Positions 9,346-18,452 of a stretch of DNA of 64,000 nucleotides are shown here, piece after piece. The position numbers and the translations under genes were made by a program. Numbering within the stretch: position 1 is the first letter of the stretch; each line of letters begins with the position of its first letter. The stretch is from assembly GCF_055900595.2 (NCBI RefSeq), contig NZ_CM148325.1; one strand, given 5' to 3'. Below the pieces are notes generated by a model that saw only the letters and a list, made by a program, of their open reading frames with translations, was not told the origin of the DNA and ran no database searches.

Positions 9346-11751
9346 ATGGCAGCAGTAAAAATCTCAGGTGTGCTGAAAGATGGTGCGGGAAAACCAATAC
9401 AGAACTGCACTATTCAACTGAAGGCAAAGCGTAACAGCACCACGGTACTGGTGAACACGGTGGCTTCTGAAAATCCGGATGAAGCCGGACGTTACAGCAT
9501 GGATGTTGAGTATGGCCAGTACAGCGTCACCCTGCTGGTTGAAGGTTTTCCGCCTTCACATGCCGGGACCATTACCGTCTATGAAGGCTCCAGACCAGGT
9601 ACGCTGAATGATTTTCTCGGTGCCATGACGGAAGATGATGTCATGCCGGAGGCATTGCGTCGTTTTGAGGCAATGGTGGAAGAAGTGGCACGCAACGCCG
9701 AAGCCGCCTCTCAGAGCGCAGCGGCGGCAAAGAAATCCGAAACTGCAGCGGCATCATCAAAGAACGCGGCGAAAACCTCAGAAACGAATGCAGCTAATAG
9801 TGCACAGGCGGCAGCGACCTCAAAGACTGCATCGGCAAACTCCGCGACAGCAGCCAAAAAATCAGAAACCAACGCGAAAAATAGCGAGACAGCCGCAAAG
9901 ACGAGCGAAACCAACGCAAAGTCCAGCCAGACGGCAGCGAAAACCAGCGAAACGAATGCCAAAGCCAGTGAAACTGCGGCAAAAAACAGCCAGGTTGCAG
10001 CAGCCCAAAGCGAGAGCGCGGCAGCCGGTTCTGCGACTTCAGCAGCTGGATCAGCAACTGCTGCGGCTAACAGCCAGAAAGCTGCGAAGACGAGTGAAAC
10101 TAACGCAAAGTCCAGCCAGACGGCAGCGAAGACCAGCGAAACGAATGCCAAAACCAGCGAAACTGCGGCGAAAAACAGTCAGGATGCAGCAGCCCAAAGC
10201 GAGAGTGCTGCAGCTGGTTCTGCAAGCGCGGCGGCTGCTTCTGCCACTGCATCAGCTAACAGTCAAAAAGCAGCAAAAACCAGTGAAACCAACGCAAAGG
10301 CGAGCGAGACTGCGGCGGCGAACTCGGCGCAAGCATCGGCAGCAAGCCAGACAGCAGCTAAAGCAAGTGAAGACGCAGCCAGAGAGTATGCAAGCCAGGC
10401 AGCGGAGCCGTATAAACAAGTTTTGCAGCCGTTGCCCGATGTGTGGATACCGTTTAATGATTCACTGGATATGATTACGGGCTTTTCGCCATCATATAAA
10501 AAAATTGTTATTGGCGACGATGAAATAACAATGCCTGGCGACAAGATTGTAAAGTTTAAACGCGCATCGAAAGCAACTTACATTAATAAATCTGGTGTGC
10601 TGACAGAGGCTGCCATTGACGAGCCACGATTTGAACGTGATGGCCTGCTTATTGAGGGGCAAAGAACTAACCTGCTAATCAATTCAACAAATCCGACTAA
10701 ATGGAACAAGTCGTCAAATATGATCTTAAGTGCATCAGGTGTAGATGATTTCGGATTCCAGTACGCAAAATTTACATTAAAACCAGAAATGGTAGGGCAA
10801 ATTTCAGCGATTAACATAGTAACCGTTTCCGGCAGTAAAGGTTTTGATGTAACAGGCGGAGAAAAGTATGTAACCATATCATGCAGGGTGCAAAGTGGCA
10901 CTCCAAATTTAAGATGCCGATTACGATTTGAAAACTATGATGGTTCTACCTACACATTCTTAGGTGACGCTTACTTAAATACGACAGATTTATCTATTGA
11001 TAAGACGGGTGGTGCCGCTAATCGCATTACTGCAAGGGCTGTTAAAGATGAAGCAAGCAAATGGATCTTTTTTGAGGCGACAATTAAGGCACTTGATACA
11101 GAAAATATGATAGGTGGAATGGTTCAGTATGCCCCGGCAAAAGGAGTGGGCACTGGCGCGGATGATTATATTTATATTGCGACCCCTCAAGTTGAAGGTG
11201 GGGCGTGCGCTTCATCGTTTATTATAACAGGCGCATCCCCTGTAACACGCGCCAGCGATATTGTGACGGTCCCCATTTCTCTAAATTGGTGCAATCCCGC
11301 TATTAGTTCATTAGCAGAAGTTAATACCAATTGGGATGAATCGCCAAACAAAGAAGGTAGCGCACGTATTCTTAATATTTCCACTACGGGAGATACAACT
11401 GAAATTGCAGATGAAAGTTATATGTATTTGGGGTATACATCTTTGGGAGCACGCGCAATCATTACAAATGGTAAAGGCACTAAAATAGAATATAAAAGCG
11501 TTATAGAACGACCAGAGAGAAAAAGCATTATCGGCTTTAGATTCACAGAAAGTCGAGAATTGTGTGTTGTGGTTAACGGTAATATTGGTGCTAAGGTAGT
11601 TTCTCCTTATAAAAAACACAAATATACAGGAGGCTTCATTAATATTGGTGGTCAATCATCATCCGGCAACCGTCACCTATTTGGACACGTTCGAAATCTG
11701 CGTATTTGGCACAAGGCATTGACTGATGCTCAGATGGGGGAGTCAATCTAA
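9346..11751 (+). CDS. stf: side tail fiber protein (lambda Stf-like N-terminus, Ala/Ser/Thr-rich repeat shaft, divergent AT-rich C-terminal domain)
   Basis: N-terminus MAAVKISGVLKDGAGKPIQNCTIQLKA... matches lambda Stf; shaft has repeated KTSETNAK units; C-terminus ends GHVRNLRIWHKALTDAQM, resembling a LamG/concanavalin-like fold. Confidence 0.85.
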   Translation: MAAVKISGVLKDGAGKPIQNCTIQLKAKRNSTTVLVNTVASENPDEAGRYSMDVEYGQYSVTLLVEGFPPSHAGTITVYEGSRPGTLNDFLGAMTEDDVMPEALRRFEAMVEEVARNAEAASQSAAAAKKSETAAASSKNAAKTSETNAANSAQAAATSKTASANSATAAKKSETNAKNSETAAKTSETNAKSSQTAAKTSETNAKASETAAKNSQVAAAQSESAAAGSATSAAGSATAAANSQKAAKTSETNAKSSQTAAKTSETNAKTSETAAKNSQDAAAQSESAAAGSASAAAASATASANSQKAAKTSETNAKASETAAANSAQASAASQTAAKASEDAAREYASQAAEPYKQVLQPLPDVWIPFNDSLDMITGFSPSYKKIVIGDDEITMPGDKIVKFKRASKATYINKSGVLTEAAIDEPRFERDGLLIEGQRTNLLINSTNPTKWNKSSNMILSASGVDDFGFQYAKFTLKPEMVGQISAINIVTVSGSKGFDVTGGEKYVTISCRVQSGTPNLRCRLRFENYDGSTYTFLGDAYLNTTDLSIDKTGGAANRITARAVKDEASKWIFFEATIKALDTENMIGGMVQYAPAKGVGTGADDYIYIATPQVEGGACASSFIITGASPVTRASDIVTVPISLNWCNPAISSLAEVNTNWDESPNKEGSARILNISTTGDTTEIADESYMYLGYTSLGARAIITNGKGTKIEYKSVIERPERKSIIGFRFTESRELCVVVNGNIGAKVVSPYKKHKYTGGFINIGGQSSSGNRHLFGHVRNLRIWHKALTDAQMGESI
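9860..10330 (+). repeat. tandem imperfect coding repeats (~186-bp units) in the tail fiber shaft
   Basis: Protein repeats SQKAAKTSETNAKSSQTAAKTSETNAK(A/T)SETAAKNSQ...AAAQSESAAAGSA occur at least twice, nearly identical. Confidence 0.7.
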
Positions 11752-12032
11752 TGAAAGATTTAACACTCAAATTTGCCGACAGGGCCGACTTTTCGGCTTT
11801 TATGGGAAGTATTGGCTATTATAATGACGAGTCGATGCAGGATGATATTCTGATTGATGTGATAGGTAACGTGTACAAAGAAACCGGAGAGCTGACTGAA
11901 GATGGCGAACCGGTATGTGTTAAGGAAGATGGATATTTTGTAAACGTGCGCATCATTAAGGATACGCAAATATCGTCATTATTCGATGAATACGCGGTTG
12001 CTGTTGAGCATCAACTTCGTGGCTGGATGTGA
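11751..12032 (+). CDS. hypothetical protein (93 aa) immediately downstream of tail fiber; possible fiber assembly/accessory protein
   Basis: ATG overlaps the stf stop (TAATG); acidic 93-aa product; same low-GC block as the fiber C-terminus. Confidence 0.5.
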   Translation: MKDLTLKFADRADFSAFMGSIGYYNDESMQDDILIDVIGNVYKETGELTEDGEPVCVKEDGYFVNVRIIKDTQISSLFDEYAVAVEHQLRGWM

Positions 12033-12041
12033 GGTAGAGAA

Positions 12042-12746
12042 ATGGCTACATCAACAGTAATTCCGGGAGACATCACCACGCTGAAGGGAGATGTTAGTAA
12101 AGCAAAGGAAGATATTTCCTCTATTAACGGAAAAGTATCAACGCTTCAGACTGATATGGCCAGTGCAAAGCAGGATATCAGCACCAGATACACAAAAACT
12201 GAAGTTGATAATAAGCTGAAAAACAAAGTGGAAGTGAACGATCTGGAAAGTGGTCGTTATGGCGGAGATTTTTACCCGCTGACTGGCCGTGAAGCGTTTT
12301 ATTTATGGGGATTGGGCACAACTACAGCGGCGGCAAATCTTTATCTTAATCCTGACCCTGCAATTTCGTCTGTGCTGCGGTCAACATCGTCTATCCGCTA
12401 TAAACATTCAGTAGAGACGATAGATTCAGAGCACGCCGATCTCATTTTCAGGATGCGCCCTGTGTGGTACAGGTCGCAATGCGAAAATGACAGGCGTGAC
12501 TGGGGATTCTATGGATTGATTGCCGAGGAAGTTGGAGAAATTGCCCCTCAGTTTGTTCACTGGCGACCAGCCAACGAAGATGATGCACCGGAAACCATTT
12601 CCAGCAATGGCCTTGTTGCCGAAGGTGTAATGTACGAACGTCTGGTTGTTCCACTGATTCACCATATCCAGAAGCTGACTGAAAGAGTTGATGAACTTGA
12701 GTCAGAATTAAAGTTGTTATCCGTTTCCCGAAGCGATATCGGATAA
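12042..12746 (+). CDS. coiled-coil protein with C-terminal intramolecular-chaperone (peptidase S74-like) domain; tail-fiber-related
   Basis: N-terminal heptad-like coiled coil; C-terminal SSIRYKHSVETID...LIFRMRPVWYR...GFYGLIAEEV resembles the self-cleaving chaperone domain of endosialidase-type fibers. Confidence 0.6.
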   Translation: MATSTVIPGDITTLKGDVSKAKEDISSINGKVSTLQTDMASAKQDISTRYTKTEVDNKLKNKVEVNDLESGRYGGDFYPLTGREAFYLWGLGTTTAAANLYLNPDPAISSVLRSTSSIRYKHSVETIDSEHADLIFRMRPVWYRSQCENDRRDWGFYGLIAEEVGEIAPQFVHWRPANEDDAPETISSNGLVAEGVMYERLVVPLIHHIQKLTERVDELESELKLLSVSRSDIG

Positions 12747-12756
12747 AGGAGGCGTA

Positions 12757-13050
12757 ATGGATATAACACCTTTCCTTCATGCACTTTGTGCTGTGGCTGC
12801 GCAGGTACTGGTTGGTCTTTTTACCGGAAACTGGGCTTACGGGGCGATAGCTGGTTGTACGTTCTTCATTGCGCGTGAACATACCCAGGCAGAATATCGC
12901 TGGATTGAAATGTTCGGGCATGGCAAGCGTATGAATATGCCGTGGTGGGGCGGTTTTGATCCGCGTGCGTGGGATGTGGCAAGCCTGATGGATTTTGCTG
13001 TGCCGGTGGTGGCGTGTCTGCTGGTCTGGCTGTTGGTTAATCGTGGGTGA
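12757..13050 (+). CDS. small membrane protein (97 aa, two predicted TM segments), function unknown
   Basis: Hydrophobic N- and C-terminal segments; RBS AAGGAGG upstream; tightly packed after the preceding ORF. Confidence 0.5.
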   Translation: MDITPFLHALCAVAAQVLVGLFTGNWAYGAIAGCTFFIAREHTQAEYRWIEMFGHGKRMNMPWWGGFDPRAWDVASLMDFAVPVVACLLVWLLVNRG

Positions 13051-13060
13051 AAAAAGGTGA

Positions 13061-13180
13061 GCTGTATATGCAACGGAGGAAGAAACCTCGTTGCGGGAAG
13101 CCTTGAAGAAGTATCGGGTGTTGCTGAACCGTGTTGATACGTCAACTGCACAGGATATTGAATGGCCAGCACTGCCGTAG
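13061..13180 (+). pseudogene. tfa: tail fiber assembly protein (Tfa) 3' remnant
   Basis: Translates to [36 protein letters not shown], the conserved Tfa C-terminus (as in K-12 TfaQ/TfaR), with no upstream coding part. Confidence 0.75.
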
Positions 13181-13277
13181 GGTAAAACATATAAATTCTA
13201 TAATTAGATGTATCTTTCCATTTACGGCAAGGAAGGGGGCTTGGAAGACGTAAGGCATCTCACACCGAGATTATTTT

Positions 13278-13868
13278 TTATATGTCAGGTGTCTGAAGTT
13301 TTGCTTTGGCTCTTAAAATGGTTTGCCGCGAGGTTTTGAATTCCCGGGCAATGGCACTTATACTTACACCTGACTTAATCCGTTCGAATACCACCTGTTT
13401 CTGTTCTTCATTTAACACAGGTGGTCGACCAAAACGTTTCCCTGCGCCCCGGGCTCTTACTATCCCGGAATGAGTGCGTTCAAGTAAAAGGTCTCGTTCA
13501 AATTCAGCGACTGCTGAAATTACTTGCATCATCATTTTTCCTGTTGGACTGGTCAGGTCAATGCCCCCCAATGCTAAGCAATGCACTCTGATACCTGTTT
13601 CGGTCAGTTGTTCCACTGTTTTCCTGATATCCATTGCATTACAACCAAGGCGATCCAGTTTTGTCACAATCAATTGATCACCACATTTCAGGCGAGCAAG
13701 CAACCGGTTAAAACCAGGACGCTCACTGGTTGCTGCTGAGCCGCTAATGTGTTCTTCGATTATTTGCTGAGGTTTGATTTTAAAACCTGCACTTTCGATT
13801 TCCCGGCGTTGATTTTCGGTGGTCTGATCCAGCGTTGATATCCGACAGTAAGCAAAAATTCGAGACAT
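13278..13868 (-). CDS. pin: serine recombinase / DNA invertase (PinQ/PinR-like)
   Basis: 196 aa [29 protein letters not shown]... resolvase/invertase fold with catalytic Ser and C-terminal HTH; position next to tfa and ydfK matches K-12 pinQ. Confidence 0.9.
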
Positions 13869-14184
13869 AGTGAGACTCTATACGAAATTGGTGTTCATAT
13901 CATAATGCATCTCAGAAAATAATTTTGATTATTTTTGTGCATGTTTGTATGTACACGTTCGAAAATAAACGAATGCGTATGCAACCCCGTAATTTTGGTG
14001 AGACCCAAAATCGATTTTGTGAAAAATGGCTTTAACTCGGTTTGTTTTTCGAGTTCCGGGCGGACTCAAGGAAGAAGAATAGTGTTGCGTGTTATTTTAA
14101 CCAGATTTCAAGTTGTTTGGTCGTGGAAAAGTGGAGCAAAATGTTGTTAAAGTGGAAAAATGATAAAAAAGTAAGTTTATTATA

Positions 14185-14418
14185 TTACATTTTACCATTT
14201 AAATTTTGGTTGTCTTTAAGAACTGATATCGCTGTTTGTAATAATTCTTTGTTATCCAGCCATGATTTTTTCTTTATGTTTCCTTCAATGTAATCAAGCA
14301 ATGTTCTGGTATTGATAGGTCTTCCCTGTTTTGCTACTTCCACTACAGCATCCCCTAGGATAATTCTGACTTCAGGAAGCTGCGCAGGGAACCACTTTAG
14401 GGTGTCTTTTGATTTCAT
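14185..14418 (-). CDS. ydfK: YdfK/YnaE family prophage protein (cold-shock-induced, DUF1737-like)
   Basis: MKSKDTLKWFPAQLPEVRIILGDAVVEVAKQGRPINTRTLLDYIEGNIKKKSWLDNKELL... matches K-12 YdfK; RBS AAGGA upstream of this start, so the longer ORF-track start at 14451 is rejected. Confidence 0.8.
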   Translation of the reverse strand: MKSKDTLKWFPAQLPEVRIILGDAVVEVAKQGRPINTRTLLDYIEGNIKKKSWLDNKELLQTAISVLKDNQNLNGKM

Positions 14419-15203
14419 GAATATATTCCTTAAAATATTATTGATTTTCATTGCGATATTGTATGTCTGATTCAGGATATGTTGACTTATACATCGGTTT
14501 TGTCTGGGTTATTGGATATGCCAATCCCTAATTTTATTAGAGCATGACTAAAAATGCTGAATATGATAAGGAGCGAAGTGATTATCAGTATGCTGTTCAT
14601 ATAGCCTCGAATTATTAATGTGTTATATATGATATAGTTGACAATTTTTATCCTGGGTGTTCTTAAAGTTCGTAGATAAACATTGTCGTTTCAGGTATAC
14701 AGGAATGCTAACAGATGGCGGCAAAAATCAGGCGGTTTATGGCGCAAGCTGAAGTGGCAACTGCAAACTATCTTATGCAGAGACTCTACACGGATTGGGT
14801 TTAAAAGTATACATAGATAACAGTTTTTATCTGAAGAAGAAAAATATCAAGGTGATATAGCCTATATGCCTTTGATGCGGAGGAATGAATGTGATGGGAG
14901 TGATGTATCTGAATAGTTGAAAAACCGCAGACACGCCTTATGCAAGAACGTGCTGCGGTTGGCTGGTAAATTTTTCGATAGTGCGAGTATTGAATGATTT
15001 CCAGCCGTTATTGATTTTACGCGTAACTCCATGAAAAAACTACTTATCTGTTGAGGAGTTTTTTTGGGGCATATATGGGACAGAAATAGGCCCCAGATAG
15101 ACACTGAGATCGAACTTAGGATGCTTTTTAAAAAATGCAACTATCTGAAAAAACCTAGAAAACGCCAAGGAAACCACAGGATGGGAAAAAACACCTGTGA
15201 ATC

Positions 15204-16487
15204 ATGGATTTCCAGTTATATTCGCTCGGCGCAGCGTTAGTGTTTCATGAAATATTTTTTCCTGAATCATCAACGGCAATGGCGTTAATTCTGGCAATGG
15301 GAACCTACGGTGCAGGTTATGTGGCGCGTATTGTCGGAGCATTTATTTTCGGCAAAATGGGCGACAGAATCGGGCGTAAAAAAGTGCTCTTTATTACCAT
15401 CACTATGATGGGGATCTGTACCACCTTAATTGGTGTGCTGCCGACCTATGCACAAATTGGTGTGTTTGCGCCAATTTTGCTGGTGACGCTGCGTATTATT
15501 CAGGGGCTGGGGGCAGGCGCGGAAATTTCCGGTGCCGGTACGATGCTGGCGGAATATGCGCCAAAAGGTAAGCGCGGAATTATCTCCTCATTTGTTGCTA
15601 TGGGGACTAACTGCGGAACCTTGAGCGCAACGGCAATCTGGGCCTTTATGTTCTTCATTCTCAGTAAAGAGGAACTGTTGGCGTGGGGATGGCGTATACC
15701 GTTCCTGGCGAGCGTTGTCGTGATGGTCTTTGCTATCTGGTTGCGTATGAATCTGAAAGAAAGCCCGGTCTTTGAGAAGGTTAACGACAGCAACCAACCG
15801 ACAGCAAAACCTGCACCTGCTGGTAGCATGTTCCAGAGCAAATCCTTCTGGCTGGCAACAGGGCTGCGTTTTGGTCAGGCTGGTAACTCAGGTTTAATTC
15901 AGACTTTCCTTGCAGGCTATTTAGTGCAGACGTTATTGTTTAACAAAGCAATTCCAACAGATGCATTGATGATCAGTTCGATTCTCGGCTTTATGACCAT
16001 TCCGTTCCTTGGTTGGTTATCCGATAAAATTGGTCGCCGGATCCCGTATATTATTATGAATACCTCTGCGATTGTGCTGGCGTGGCCAATGCTTTCTATC
16101 ATCGTAGATAAAAGCTATGCCCCGAGCACCATTATGGTTGCACTGATTGTGATTCATAACTGTGCGGTGCTGGGATTATTTGCTCTGGAAAACATTACCA
16201 TGGCAGAAATGTTCGGCTGTAAAAACCGCTTTACCCGGATGGCCATTTCTAAAGAAATTGGTGGTCTTATCGCTTCCGGTTTTGGTCCTATCCTGGCGGG
16301 TATTTTCTGCACCATGACGGAATCCTGGTATCCGATCGCCATTATGATCATGGCATATTCAGTGATTGGTTTAATCTCTGCGCTGAAAATGCCAGAAGTG
16401 AAAGACCGTGATTTAAGTGCACTGGAAGATGCCGCGGAAGATCAACCGCGTGTTGTAACAGCTGCGCAACCTTCAAGAAGTCTGTAA
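15204..16487 (+). CDS. ydfJ: MFS metabolite:H+ symporter YdfJ, N-terminally truncated at the prophage junction
   Basis: 427-aa ORF matching K-12 YdfJ (MDFQLYSLGAALVFHEIFF...); begins within TM2 of an MHS-family transporter, so the 5' part is missing. Confidence 0.85.
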   Translation: MDFQLYSLGAALVFHEIFFPESSTAMALILAMGTYGAGYVARIVGAFIFGKMGDRIGRKKVLFITITMMGICTTLIGVLPTYAQIGVFAPILLVTLRIIQGLGAGAEISGAGTMLAEYAPKGKRGIISSFVAMGTNCGTLSATAIWAFMFFILSKEELLAWGWRIPFLASVVVMVFAIWLRMNLKESPVFEKVNDSNQPTAKPAPAGSMFQSKSFWLATGLRFGQAGNSGLIQTFLAGYLVQTLLFNKAIPTDALMISSILGFMTIPFLGWLSDKIGRRIPYIIMNTSAIVLAWPMLSIIVDKSYAPSTIMVALIVIHNCAVLGLFALENITMAEMFGCKNRFTRMAISKEIGGLIASGFGPILAGIFCTMTESWYPIAIMIMAYSVIGLISALKMPEVKDRDLSALEDAAEDQPRVVTAAQPSRSL

Positions 16488-16494
16488 ATCCTCC

Positions 16495-16526
16495 ATCCCT
16501 TCTCTTACCGGAGAGGGGATTTTTTA
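16495..16526 (+). terminator. rho-independent terminator after ydfJ
   Basis: ATCCCTTCTC-ttaccg-GAGAGGGGAT stem followed by TTTTT. Confidence 0.6.
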
Positions 16527-16576
16527 TTCATATAACAAAACATGCAGCTTGCCATATTTAAATTTAAGGAATTGTT

Positions 16577-18037
16577 ATGGGAAATAATTTGTTATCAGCA
16601 AAAGCGACGCTCCCTGTTTATGATCGTAATAACCTGGCCCCAAGAATTGTTCATTTAGGCTTTGGTGCATTTCACCGTGCGCATCAGGGCGTGTATGCCG
16701 ATATTCTTGCTACGGAACATTTCAGTGACTGGGGATATTATGAGGTCAATTTAATCGGCGGCGAACAGCAAATTGCCGATTTACAACAGCAAGATAATCT
16801 TTATACCGTTGCGGAAATGTCGGCCGATGCGTGGACGGCTCGCGTCGTTGGCGTCGTTAAAAAAGCCTTGCACATACAAATAGATGGCTTAGAAACCGTG
16901 CTGGCTGCGATGTGTGAACCGCAAATCGCGATTGTCTCTCTGACAATCACCGAAAAAGGGTATTTCCACTCTCCGGCGACCGGACAGTTAATGCTCGATC
17001 ACCCGATGGTCGTTGCCGACGTGCAAAATCCCCACCAGCCGAAAACTGCAACAGGGGTGATTGTTGAGGCGCTGGCTCGCCGTAAAGCGGCAGGACTTCC
17101 CGCATTTACCGTCATGTCATGTGACAACATGCCAGAAAACGGTCATGTTATGCGTGACGTTGTCACTTCCTACGCGCAAGCTGTTGATGTAAAACTGGCA
17201 CAATGGATCGAAGAAAACGTGACTTTCCCATCAACAATGGTGGACCGTATTGTGCCCGCAGTGACGGAGGATACGCTGGCGAAAATCGAACAACTTACCG
17301 GTGTGCGCGATCCTGCTGGCGTTGCCTGTGAACCTTTCCGCCAGTGGGTAATAGAAGATAACTTTGTTGCCGGACGTCCGGAATGGGAAAAAGCGGGAGC
17401 CGAACTGGTTAGTGATGTGCTGCCTTATGAAGAGATGAAGTTGCGCATGCTCAACGGCAGTCATTCATTCCTGGCGTATCTGGGGTATCTTGCCGGATAT
17501 CAGCACATTAATGACTGCATGGAAGATGAACATTATCATCATGCAGCGTATGCCTTGATGTTGCAGGAACAAGCGCCCACGCTGAAAGTGCAGGGCGTTG
17601 ATTTGCAAGATTACGCTAACCGATTAATTGAACGCTATAGCAACCCGGCGCTACGTCATCGAACCTGGCAGATTGCGATGGATGGCAGCCAGAAATTGCC
17701 ACAGCGGATGTTGGATTCTGTTCGCTGGCATCTGGCGCATGACAGCAAGTTCGATCTGCTGGCGCTGGGCGTCGCGGGTTGGATGCGTTATGTCGGTGGT
17801 GTTGATGAACAGGGAAATCAGATAGAAATCAGTGACCCACTGTTACCTGTTATTCAGAAGGCAGTACAAAGTAGTGCTGAAGGGAAAGCGCGCGTCCAGT
17901 CATTGCTGGCGATTAAGGCGATCTTTGGTGATGATTTACCGGGCAATAGCTTGTTTACTGCAAAAGTGACGGAAGCGTACTTGTCTTTATTAGCGCATGG
18001 CGCAAAAGCGACCGTGGCGAAATATTCCGTGAAGTAA
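16577..18037 (+). CDS. ydfI: mannitol dehydrogenase family oxidoreductase YdfI
   Basis: 486 aa; N-terminal [10 protein letters not shown] Rossmann motif of the mannitol dehydrogenase family; K-12 synteny. Confidence 0.9.
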   Translation: MGNNLLSAKATLPVYDRNNLAPRIVHLGFGAFHRAHQGVYADILATEHFSDWGYYEVNLIGGEQQIADLQQQDNLYTVAEMSADAWTARVVGVVKKALHIQIDGLETVLAAMCEPQIAIVSLTITEKGYFHSPATGQLMLDHPMVVADVQNPHQPKTATGVIVEALARRKAAGLPAFTVMSCDNMPENGHVMRDVVTSYAQAVDVKLAQWIEENVTFPSTMVDRIVPAVTEDTLAKIEQLTGVRDPAGVACEPFRQWVIEDNFVAGRPEWEKAGAELVSDVLPYEEMKLRMLNGSHSFLAYLGYLAGYQHINDCMEDEHYHHAAYALMLQEQAPTLKVQGVDLQDYANRLIERYSNPALRHRTWQIAMDGSQKLPQRMLDSVRWHLAHDSKFDLLALGVAGWMRYVGGVDEQGNQIEISDPLLPVIQKAVQSSAEGKARVQSLLAIKAIFGDDLPGNSLFTAKVTEAYLSLLAHGAKATVAKYSVK

Positions 18038-18044
18038 AAAAAGC

Positions 18045-18065
18045 AATGCCGCCATCGGCGGCATT
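18045..18065 (-). terminator. stem-loop terminator downstream of ydfZ (between convergent ydfI and ydfZ)
   Basis: AATGCCGCC-atc-GGCGGCATT perfect hairpin flanked by an A-run on plus, i.e. a U-run on the minus transcript. Confidence 0.6.
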
Positions 18066-18072
18066 CACACGC

Positions 18073-18276
18073 TTAGTTCATGCCGAGACGAATCAGGTCC
18101 AGAGGTGCCAGTTTCTCTTCACAACCTTCAACAACTACGGTTTTTCCGCGGCGGATTTGCTCAGCGGTCAGACCTTCAGTATCAATCGACAGGATCTTGC
18201 CAGTGTGACCGGTGCCGCTAACCATAACACGGCTGCCAGTGGTGATTGCGTTACGGTTACGATCGTAGGTCGTCAT
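18073..18276 (-). CDS. ydfZ: selenium-binding protein YdfZ
   Basis: 67 aa [67 protein letters not shown], identical in pattern to K-12 YdfZ. Confidence 0.9.
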
Positions 18277-18452
18277 AGGTGTTTTCTCCTTTCTGATTTA
18301 CAGTCGAAGCCCACGTAACGGGCGCAATATAAATACTCCTGTCGAGTGAAATATTTTTTGTTTTTGATCAAGCTCACATCTTTTTTGATGCATGCATGAG
18401 CCATATGACGGAGGGAAAAACTCTCACCCCGGATGGGATGAGAGGAAATGAA

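Noticed and set aside
9700-10400. Possible CRISPR array suggested by regular repeats
   Set aside because: The repeats are in-frame coding repeats of the tail fiber with no spacer-repeat architecture, leader or cas genes.
9635-10544. Overlapping ORFs in other frames and on the minus strand within the tail fiber repeat shaft (279 aa, 146 aa, 93 aa, 87 aa)
   Set aside because: Products of the repetitive GC-rich Ala/Ser/Thr-coding DNA read out of frame or antisense; they copy the repeat periodicity and have no independent signals.
12448-12921. 157-aa minus-strand ORF spanning the 234-aa and 97-aa plus-strand ORFs
   Set aside because: Crosses the intergenic RBS of the plus-strand genes; no domain-like features; plus-strand genes have better starts and recognisable motifs.
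14862-15140. 92-aa minus-strand ORF in the prophage/ydfJ junction region
   Set aside because: AT-rich intergenic DNA with no RBS or domain features; more likely att/junction sequence than a gene.
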